Source: Selaginella moellendorffii
Lineage: Eukaryota; Plantae; Lycopodiophyta
DNA: 7,446 nucleotides
Assembly (NCBI RefSeq): GCF_000143415.4
Contig: NW_003314669.1
Location: 1 to 7,446 of the forward strand
Direction: 5' to 3'
A program made the translations under genes and the position numbers. Under the pieces are notes generated by a model, which was given only the letters and a program-made list of their open reading frames with translations, ran no database searches and was not told where the DNA came from. Of this stretch, positions 1 through 7,216 are shown piece by piece (within the stretch, counting starts at the first letter, position 1; the number at the start of each line of letters is the position of its first letter).

Positions 1-229
1 ATAAACGGTACGCCAATGCTTACTGCTCAGTAAGAAACACATAGGGTTCCTACCTTATGTTTATCCAATCTAAGTGCATGGTCATTGACCAGTTTCTCAA
101 CTAGCTCAAGTGGGAAACTGATAACGGGTCCAGCAATACCGACCTCCTGCCATCGTGGCAGTAAGGTAAGAGTGTCCGTAAGGACTAGTCGACAGGTAAC
201 TTTCGATACCCGAAGTCACATTCACGACA
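1..229. mobile_element. Probable LTR terminus of a second element nested in the RT
   Basis: RT similarity ends exactly where ...TTCACGACA ends (229; TGTCGTGAA on the minus strand), a TG/CA-type terminus. I see no similarity to the 2290-2677 LTR beyond the terminal TGTC. Orientation unresolved. Confidence 0.65.
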
Positions 230-1246
230 GATGACTAGCCGCAAACTCCCGTCCTTCTTCTTGACAAAGAAGACAGGTGCTCCAACCGGGGACTGTGAAT
301 GCTGAATGTACCCCGAGGCAAGGTTCTGATCCACGTACTCTTTGAGGGCCTGAAGCTCGGACAGGGATAACCCGTAGATAGGCCCCCACGGAGGTGACGC
401 TCCTTCCTGTAAATCAATGGGACAGTCATAAGGCCGATGAACAGGCAAGACACTAGCTTTTTTCTTGTCAAACACATCCCCAAAATCATGATACTTCTCA
501 GGAAGACTAACAAGAGAAACATGCAAAGCAAAAAGGAAAAGAGGTTCTTCATGAAGGAGTTCTTTCATAGTGATTGTGGAGATAGGAGAAGGCATACGAC
601 TAAATGGAATGATGAGACGAGGATATTGTCCAGTGTAAGATGGAAGAGAGGAAAAAGAAGTGGGTGAAAACTTCGTAGAGTCAGGAATAGATCCCCAATT
701 TGAGTTTAGGGAACTTTTCCTGATTCAGACTCGATGAACAGCAGGAGAAGCCATGGAAGATGGTGATGTGGGAGAGACAAGCTTTAATTCCTTCCAACAG
801 ATCTGAGGCTGATGTAGTTGGAACCAAGGGAGGCCAAGCACCACAGAGGAGGACTTGTTGTTGATGATGTTGAAGGAGATATCAGTGACGGTGGAGCCGA
901 TGTGTACTCGAACGGGCAACGTTTCCCTAAGTCCAGAAGAGGGAGACACAAAATGCCCGCCAATACCTTCAACCCGCAGATCCCGTATGGTAGGAGAAAG
1001 AGGAACGTGATGTCGGACAGCAAAGTCTCTGTCCATGAAGCAGGAAGTTGCACCCGAGTCCAGTAGCGCCAGAGCCTTGAGTCCTGATTGTCCGGTGAAA
1101 GAAAGGAGACATAGGATGCGGAAGTTGCGGGAATTGGTGGTGGCTTTGATGAAAGGTGGTGAGGAGCTTGATAAAGAAGAGAAGTGATTTTTATTCGGGG
1201 AGTCCAAACAGACAGCTCCTACTCTGTTTGGACAGGGTCGTTTCCC
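230..1246 (-). pseudogene. pol: pol (aspartic protease + RT N-terminus) with one internal stop, truncated by an insertion
   Basis: Track ORFs 725..1207 and 185..595 are in the same frame, separated only by TGA at 727-725; 724-596 translates without stops. Catalytic D of LDSGA is at 1060-1058. RT similarity stops after LRLVI at 230. Confidence 0.9.
1162..1246 (-). promoter_or_regulatory. -1 programmed ribosomal frameshift signal (slippery heptamer + pseudoknot)
   Basis: G GGA AAC at 1246-1240 in the gag frame, 6-nt spacer, 11-bp stem 1233-1223/1212-1202, and loop AGGAGCT (1220-1214) complementary to AGCTCCT (1168-1162). The -1 frame is open into the protease. Confidence 0.88.
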
Positions 1247-2190
1247 GACTGCAACAGAGGTGGACTTTGAGGCAGAGTGAACTCGAGCAGTCGGGGAGGC
1301 TTCTTGGGATACACAGCTGCTTTGTGATTAGGATCAGCACAGTAGAGGCAAAGATTATGAGATATTCGACGTTGCTTCTCAGCAGGACTCAACTTCCCTC
1401 TAATGAGTTGGGGAGTACCAGAAATATCCATCGGGACCGGAGCAGTAGGTTCAGGAGTATGCCTTGAAGACTCAAGCTGGGATTCCTGAGTCTGGGACGG
1501 GAAAACGGCGGCATGGCGACTTTCCTGACGACGTTCAAAGAGACGATTGTCACATCGAACAGCTTTGTTGATGGCATCCGACAAGTCCGTGGGATCCTCC
1601 ATGGTGAGCAACAAATCCTTGACACCGTTGTTGAGGCCGAAACAAAATTGATCAATTAGGGCCCGCTCATCCCACTGAGTGTCCAAGGCAAGGAGTTGGA
1701 ACTCTACAGCATAGATCGAGGCAGGATGAGACCCTTGAGAAAGACGTCTCATCTTTGTGGTGGCAGCCCAAACCTGATCCGTCTCGCCAAAACATGCTTC
1801 GAGCTTCTCTTTGAACAATTGAAGATCCATTAGCTCCGGAACCACGACCCCTTTCATGCTCTTCTCCAGGAGAGGAGAAAACCATGACAAAGCTGCACCT
1901 TCCAGCAACGTCCCAATCACACCGATTTGAGACTTGGGAGTGGGGTACCGCCGATGTTGAAGTGCGAAGATTAGCTCCATTTGGTTTAGGAATCCGCAAA
2001 GCTCCAAACGCTTCCCTGAAAATTTTGCCAGGAAACTCACCTTCGGTTTAGGAACTTTGCTGGATCCTTGAGCCGAAAGTGAAGCAAGCTCCTGCTGCAT
2101 GCGAAGAAGGGTCGCCTTCAGCTCGGTATTCTCAGACTGGATTTTTGCAAGGACTTCAGCAAAGAAATCAGGATGGCGTGGAGACTCCAT
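1219..2190 (-). CDS. gag: Retrotransposon Gag (capsid + degenerate CCHC zinc knuckle), 323 aa
   Basis: ATG at 2190 (MESPRHPDF). N-terminal coiled-coil-like segment; KFSGKR..GFLNQMELIF; LSQGSHPASIYAVEFQLLA..WDERALIDQFCFGL; PVPMDI; CLYCADPNHKAAVY (CX2CX4HX4 with last C->Y). Confidence 0.92.
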   Translation of the reverse strand: MESPRHPDFFAEVLAKIQSENTELKATLLRMQQELASLSAQGSSKVPKPKVSFLAKFSGKRLELCGFLNQMELIFALQHRRYPTPKSQIGVIGTLLEGAALSWFSPLLEKSMKGVVVPELMDLQLFKEKLEACFGETDQVWAATTKMRRLSQGSHPASIYAVEFQLLALDTQWDERALIDQFCFGLNNGVKDLLLTMEDPTDLSDAINKAVRCDNRLFERRQESRHAAVFPSQTQESQLESSRHTPEPTAPVPMDISGTPQLIRGKLSPAEKQRRISHNLCLYCADPNHKAAVYPKKPPRLLEFTLPQSPPLLQSGNDPVQTE

Positions 2191-2272
2191 TGGAAAAGAA
2201 GAAAGAAAAAAGAGGGAAAAAAGGCAAAGACAATCAAACAATCAAAACGAGCTAAAGCAAAAAACAAAAAAG

Positions 2273-2287
2273 CACAATCTGAATCAA
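2273..2287 (-). promoter_or_regulatory. Primer-binding site, self-priming type
   Basis: TTGATTCAGATTGTG begins after a 2-nt spacer from the LTR end. It lacks the TGG of a tRNA PBS and is complementary to 2394-2380 (14 Watson-Crick pairs + 1 G.U). Confidence 0.8.
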
Positions 2288-2415
2288 ACTGTCAAGACCC
2301 ACAACAAGATCAAGACTAGAAAATGCAAAAGACAAAGAGAAAAGCTAGTGAATAACAAAGAAGAGGCCTTAGACTGGTGTTGATTCAAATTGTGGAGAAA
2401 TGGAACAAGGCTAAC

Positions 2416-2424
2416 TTATATATA
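2416..2424 (-). promoter_or_regulatory. LTR TATA box
   Basis: TATATATAA on the minus strand, ~30 nt upstream of the predicted transcript start near 2394-2391. Confidence 0.7.
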
Positions 2425-2520
2425 CTATAGGTTGATGAAGCTCCACCACTCTTAGATCAAAGACGGCCTAAATATAGCTGAAGTCGAGGAGGCGCCACAT
2501 CATCATTAGGAATCTGGCTC

Positions 2521-2654
2521 GAGACTCAAGAATCGTATAGGAAATCAGAGAGTCAAGAATAGGGAAGAGTCTCAAGAGTCAGAAATAGGGAAGTGTCTCG
2601 AGAGTCAGGAATGTGGTCTGCAGGTCAAGAATCTGGTGAGAGTCAGGAATGTGG
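2521..2654. repeat. Degenerate ~26-bp tandem repeats in LTR U3
   Basis: Core GAGAGTCA(A/G)GAAT or close variants at 2521, 2548, 2574, 2600 and 2638. Units 2548-2573 and 2574-2599 align over 26 bp. Confidence 0.8.
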
Positions 2655-2693
2655 CAAGAATTGGGGGATTCCTGACATGGATGTTCGAAGATG

Positions 2694-3160
2694 TGGTCTT
2701 CGTGATCAAATCTTGGATGTTCATTTTGCATTTTGCAAATATCGGTATTGGATGTCAAAAAAAATAGGCAAAGATGTTTGATGTTTAGTATGTTATTGGA
2801 TCATGAGAATTTGTGTTAAGGTGAACCTATGTGAAGTTGTTAATAAAAGGAAGTTCGTTGAGTCTTGAAAGTTTTCATTCTTACACTGAGAGTCATTTTT
2901 TTTTTAGGATGGAAAATTTTCCACAAATTTTCTTAAACTTTTTTAATGGCTGATCTGGATCTAGATCAGCCATTGGAAAAGTCTAAAAATATTTGTGGAA
3001 AATTTTCCATCCTAAAAAACGAATAACTCTTCACATTAACACAAATTCTCGTGATCTAATAGCATACTAAGCATTGAACATCTTTGCCTATTTTTTTGAG
3101 ATCCAACATCGACATCCACAAAATGCAAAATAAACATCCAAGGCTTGATCACAAAGAGCA
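2694..3160. repeat. Long imperfect spacerless palindrome (foldback/MITE-like)
   Basis: Centre GA|TC at 2959/2960. 2889-2959 pairs with 2960-3030 and 2694-2824 with 3031-3160. Hand alignment gives ~86% identity over ~200 bp, with 64 extra bp (2825-2888) in the left arm. Confidence 0.95.
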
Positions 3161-4501
3161 TGGAGAATTTGTGATTCAGATCCAGATTTAGAACCAAATT
3201 GGTCAAGTATGTGTTCAAATTCAAATGCATACTCAAATTCATGCATACTCGGATTCAGATCTAGATGAAAACTTTATTTTTGGACTCAACTTGACTAAAT
3301 ATTAAACTTGCTGTTTTTAATCTAATTTAAAAAACATTTATGAAAGAATACAATAATGAACCTTGATCCATTTATAATCATATATAGTAAGGATCCACTA
3401 CTGTCGTATTAAACAGTTATGAACCAATTTATTTACCACCCATAGCAAGCCTATAGGAAATTTATTTTTACCTATGATACTATAGTAATAACTCATCCAA
3501 TAAGTTACATTAATCTTGTCAACTTATTAAATTGCTAATGTGTCTAGTACATCTCAATAAGTACAAGCAAAACTTTATACAATATGGTAGATGACTTCTT
3601 GAGAAATCCAAATTCAAAAGTTTACATTTGAGGATCATATGCTTAAATTGATATTGTGCATATCATAAGACTTAATCAAGAGAGAATACCCAATTTGAAG
3701 CAAGTAATATTGAGTGAATTTTGTAGTATTTAAACTCAAAAATGCTTAGCCCTAAATATTCTAAGATTCTAAATCTCTTTATATTGAAACCTTAATGAGA
3801 TTTCTGAAATTGATCTCTTTAATTATTTACAACTAAATTTTTTTATCGTTTATATATAAATAAACAAATGAGATAATATTTCAATAGACTTTATCACAAA
3901 ATATTTTAAGGAAATAATGCTATCTAGATTGTTATGGATTAGTTAACGAAGAGCTTCTCAATGAAGATGACAATTTAAACTTTTAAACTGATTATGGAAT
4001 GATTAGGATCTGCAAATGTAAACCTATTTCACAAAGACCTTGGCAAATAGCAAATGTGTTACACAGACATGCTTGGCAGCAGTCGTGCCATTCCCATCAC
4101 AATGTCTTAGCATGAAGGCTGAATGCGTTCAGTCCTGAAATTGAACGTTCCATGCTTGAACGTCTGTGATATTTTGGGATGAAATCATTGCAATGATCTG
4201 ATATTCTCTCACAGTAGAATTAGTGCTCGATATGGATAATCAAACTGGCAACATTTTCCAAAGAACATGAGATAATCCTAAAGCTTATATAGCATACCTT
4301 TCTCGATGGATCTTAGTTGTTCTTATCCATTGTTCATGAATGGTCCTAGTACCAAAATCCATGTTTTCCACTGCCTTGCTTGATGATAACTCTTTGTAGC
4401 TTGCGAATGGCGTGAACACACAGTTCAATTATGATTCATGGGTAGTTAACCACATAGGAAATGGATCTTCTAACCATCTCAGGCAGGTTTTAGAGCACGA
4501 T

Positions 4502-5976
4502 ATGCAGAACAGCTCGGCTTGGATCATCGGAGCGCTGCTGCTCGCCTCGCTTGCTAATGACGCTAGTGAGTTTAACTCTCTTGCTTGTTCTGGGTTTACT
4601 GTCAAGACCTTGTTTGATCTCGACAAGCACTCGGTAAATGCCCTTGGCTTGTATATGGACCTGCGGAACAAGTTTGTGTTGGCGCTCGATTCTAGTGGCA
4701 ATCGTATATGGAAGCTGAGACTGCCACTCTCGCACGCTGCTGACGATCCTCATACCCTTGGGGAGCGTCTGGAAGAGGCGCCACTCGCTGCACGGGGAAT
4801 TCTCGACTGGAGTAAGCACTAGAGGCTTTTCTTATAAAGCGTAAGAGTTTTTTTTTCCTCTAGACAGCAGCTTGGAAGCTTTTGCCGGTTCATTCGTGGG
4901 GGAGTCCGGCTATGTCGACGGCCCCGCGGTAAAGTCACTTTTTAATCGCCCACAAACCTTGCTATTTGCGACAATGGCGCGGTCTTTGTGGCGGAATCGA
5001 GGAACTTGGCTATACGCAAAATCAGCAAGGATGGCGAAGGTAGTTTCGTTTTCTCTTTTAAAAATCTCTAGAACATTTTTTCTAGTTCCAACAGTGACCA
5101 CCATTGCCGGAGGTAGCTCTCGAAAGCCAGGGTTTGCCGACGGCCCCGGAGACACAGCTCGTTTCTCAAGCGAGTTTAGCTTGGCGTGTTCTTTTGGCTC
5201 CTTACTCATAGCCGATCGCGGGAACCGGCTGATTCACGAGATACAAATCGATGATCCAAAGTCGCGTGATTCAAGCGATTCAGCCGTTTCAGGTGACTTC
5301 TCATCCTTTACCAGGATTTTTTTCTTTCGATTGGATTTAAAACTCCTGCTTTTTGTTGATTTCATGATCAGGACCACAAAAATGGGCTTTAATTCCCGTA
5401 GTGCTGCTTGGCATCTGTCTGGAGATGCCTCTGGGAGCTTTTATAATCTGGAAGATACTTGATCAGCGGTGCCGGCAAGTAAGTTTCACGAGCAACGCTG
5501 GTGACGCTTATGAAAATATTTCTAGGCAGGCGATCAGCTGGGAAACACTGAAAGATTGCTGGCGGGCGTTCCGGAGGACGATGATCTGCAAGTTCGGCAG
5601 CAGAAGCGAACTTGCTAGCGCCGTCTTTAGTCTTTTCCTGCTTGTATATCATCAGGCACAGCTGCTCGCGTCTGTCTTCTTTGGTGTTGCACACGAAGTA
5701 AAAACGAAGCCAACTGCGCCTGTCAAACAAGATCAAGACCTCCACTCTCTCCTTGGAAACACGAAAGATGAGCCTCCAGACCTCATTGATTTCATGGAAC
5801 TCTCCCAACTTGGAATCTTCTGTTGCTCCTTCTCGCCCTCTTTCTTTTGCGGATTCGAGGAATTTGACTATGGAGCTCGAGTGTTTGGAGAAGTTCCAGC
5901 AGGAATTCAAGGACAAGCGCAAGCACAGCTAAGAATGTGCTCACACAAGCTTTGTTTTTCCACTCTTCTTGAATAG
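4502..5976 (+). pseudogene. Plant NHL-repeat membrane protein gene (signal peptide, NHL repeats, TM helix), multi-exon, frameshifted; 3' end uncertain
   Basis: MQNSSAWIIGALLLASLA..GFTVKTLFD..LDSSGNRIWKLRLPLS / AGSFVGESGYVDGP..LFNRPQ / ICDNGAVFVAESRNLAIRKI / VTTIAGGSSRKPGFADGPGDTARFS..SLLIADRGNRLIHEI / hydrophobic WALIPVVLLGICL..GAFIIW. Phase-compatible GT-AG introns at 4812-4863 (uncertain), 5040-5094, 5293-5371 and 5479-5529. One base is missing at ~4956. Confidence 0.85.
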
Positions 5977-5999
5977 TCCATTGTTTTACAAATAGGTTG

Positions 6000-6109
6000 A
6001 CGCTCATGTTCCGGCTGAAGGCGTTCCTCCGGCGAGGAGATGGACGAGCTCGAGTTCCAACGATCTGGTGACCGAGTACCAGCAGTACCGGGATGCTTCC
6101 ATGACGACG
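6000..6109 (+). pseudogene. Beta-tubulin C-terminal fragment with two frameshifting deletions
   Basis: TLMFRLKAFL (6000-6029) / GEEMDELEF (6031-6057) / NDLVTEYQQYRDA (6059-6097) are colinear with beta-tubulin [43 protein letters not shown]. Confidence 0.9.
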
Positions 6110-6214
6110 NNNNNNNNNNNNNNNNNNNNNNNNNNNNNNNNNNNNNNNNNNNNNNNNNNNNNNNNNNNNNNNNNNNNNNNNNNNNNNNNNNNNNNNNNNN
6201 NNNNNNNNNNNNNN
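6110..6214. other. Assembly gap (105 N)
   Basis: Run of N; true size unknown. Confidence 1.
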
Positions 6215-7099
6215 AGGTTATACTTTCTCGCTTGGATTTTTCTATTCGAGATGTCGGAACGCGCGGTTTCGTCAGGTATGGATGCTTCTCTCCATCAAGA
6301 AGCTATGGTCTCTCGTGATCATGGGCCTCCAACGCTTGGCCGCCGAGCTCCAGCGCCCTGGCATGGCGGCCATCACCGAGCTTCACACCCGCGAGCTCCA
6401 GCTCCAGCTCCAGCTCCAGCGCATCGAGCAGCGCATGGACACCACCGTCCTCGAGCATCTCATGGAGGCCACGAGCCAGCGCCAGCTTTAGCTCCAGTTC
6501 TTCAAGGTGGCGCTCCAGTTCCAGCTCCGGCTCCAGCGCCAGCTGCTTTCGTTCATGCTCGCGGCCACCACCCTGGTGATCGAGCTCCAGCGCCTCGCCA
6601 CCACGATCCAGCTCCAGCAGCAGCGGTGTACCATCATCATCACGGTGATGGAGCTCCTCTGGTTGTTCACCACCATCACCATGGTCACCATCATGGAGGC
6701 CACCACCATCACCATGGTCACCATCATGGAGGCCGCCACCACCACCACCACCACCACCACCATCGTCGCGACGGTCACAACGCAGCGATGGCCACACCGA
6801 CACCCGCGGCAGTGGTTACAGTGGCTCGGAGGACGCCCTGGTCGCTGCTCCAGCTTCTTCTCTGGGTTTTGGTTGCGATCTTGGTGCTGCTTGCGTGCTG
6901 TTTGCTAGTGCGATGGATGTTATCTCGAAGGAAACAGCGCAAAAATGCGATCTTTCAGGACCCTCAGTGGCGGATCGAAGTGACGAATCCTCTGGCAGTT
7001 GTGGTGGACGATTCTCTGACTGAGAAGAAAGAGCCCGAGTGGAGGATTAAAGTGCTAAACGCACAGGAGGAAGACGATTCTCTGACTATGAGCTTGTGA
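6215..7099 (+). CDS. His-rich, Ala-Pro-repeat (AGP-like) single-pass membrane protein; start probably in the gap
   Basis: 294 open codons from the gap edge to TGA. Hydrophobic RLYFLAWIFLF (partial signal peptide?), APAPAP motifs alternating with His clusters, poly-His, TM LLQLLLWVLVAILVLLACCLLV, basic RRKQRK, short tail. Confidence 0.75.
   Translation, partial: RLYFLAWIFLFEMSERAVSSGMDASLHQEAMVSRDHGPPTLGRRAPAPWHGGHHRASHPRAPAPAPAPAHRAAHGHHRPRASHGGHEPAPALAPVLQGGAPVPAPAPAPAAFVHARGHHPGDRAPAPRHHDPAPAAAVYHHHHGDGAPLVVHHHHHGHHHGGHHHHHGHHHGGRHHHHHHHHHRRDGHNAAMATPTPAAVVTVARRTPWSLLQLLLWVLVAILVLLACCLLVRWMLSRRKQRKNAIFQDPQWRIEVTNPLAVVVDDSLTEKKEPEWRIKVLNAQEEDDSLTMSL
6668..6733 (+). repeat. Perfect 33-bp tandem duplication followed by a (CAC)n tract
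   Basis: CACCACCATCACCATGGTCACCATCATGGAGGC x2, encoding HHHHHGHHHGG. Confidence 0.95.
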
Positions 7100-7216
7100 A
7101 AGTACGGTGCTACCAGCATAGCGAGTGCTCGAGAGGTTTAAGCAGCGGGATTAGTGTCGTCTGGAATGCACTCTGGCTTCGCTCGAAACGGCACCAACTG
7201 ACGATGCCTTACTCTC

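Larger units (their letters stand above)
230..2677 (-). mobile_element. Ty3/Gypsy LTR retrotransposon, 5' portion (LTR-PBS-gag-PR-start of RT), Tf1/sushi/Tcn1-like, degenerate and interrupted
   Basis: Minus-strand order is LTR (TGTCA...TGACA), Gag, aspartic protease LDSGA, then RT N-terminus (PPWGPIYGLS...SPVGAPVFFVKKKDGSLRLVI). PR directly followed by RT is the Gypsy order. Clade assignment is by resemblance only. Confidence 0.95.
2290..2677 (-). repeat. 5' LTR, 388 bp
   Basis: Minus strand starts TGTCAGGA (2677) and ends TCTTGACA (2290), a 7/8 terminal inverted repeat with TG..CA ends. It contains a TATA box and U3-type repeats and ends 100 bp upstream of the gag ATG. The partner LTR is outside the window. 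Confidence 0.85.

Noticed and set aside
725-1207. Stand-alone protease gene, and a separate RT gene at 185..595
   Set aside because: Both are parts of one frameshift-accessed pol frame split by one stop; the last residues of 185..595 come from the inserted DNA.
2191-2241. Hydrophobic N-terminal extension of Gag (TTG start)
   Set aside because: It is a translation of the pyrimidine-rich leader; the first ATG is at 2190.
2193-2270. Purine-rich tract as a polypurine tract before a plus-strand LTR
   Set aside because: gag-pol, TATA and PBS all orient the element on the minus strand, where this is a U-rich leader; it also does not abut the LTR.
2521-2654. Repeat array as CRISPR-like
   Set aside because: Degenerate adjacent units without unique spacers, inside a eukaryotic LTR, with no cas genes.
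3270-4400. AT-rich stretch as a hidden element or RNA gene
   Set aside because: I found no ORF, terminal repeats or convincing structure by eye; only short chance-level hairpins. A decayed repeat cannot be excluded.
235-5922. Remaining short track ORFs antisense to or overlapping gag-pol, the LTR, the palindrome and the NHL gene
   Set aside because: No recognisable motifs; they are shadows of the real features.
6282-6908. Overlapping ORFs in other frames and on the minus strand
   Set aside because: Expected from stop-poor CAC/GCTCCA low-complexity sequence; only one frame gives a coherent signal-ectodomain-TM-tail layout.
6068-7099. Track ORF of 343 aa spanning the gap as one protein
   Set aside because: It fuses tubulin-derived TEYQQYRDA to the His-rich ORF across Ns of unknown true length.
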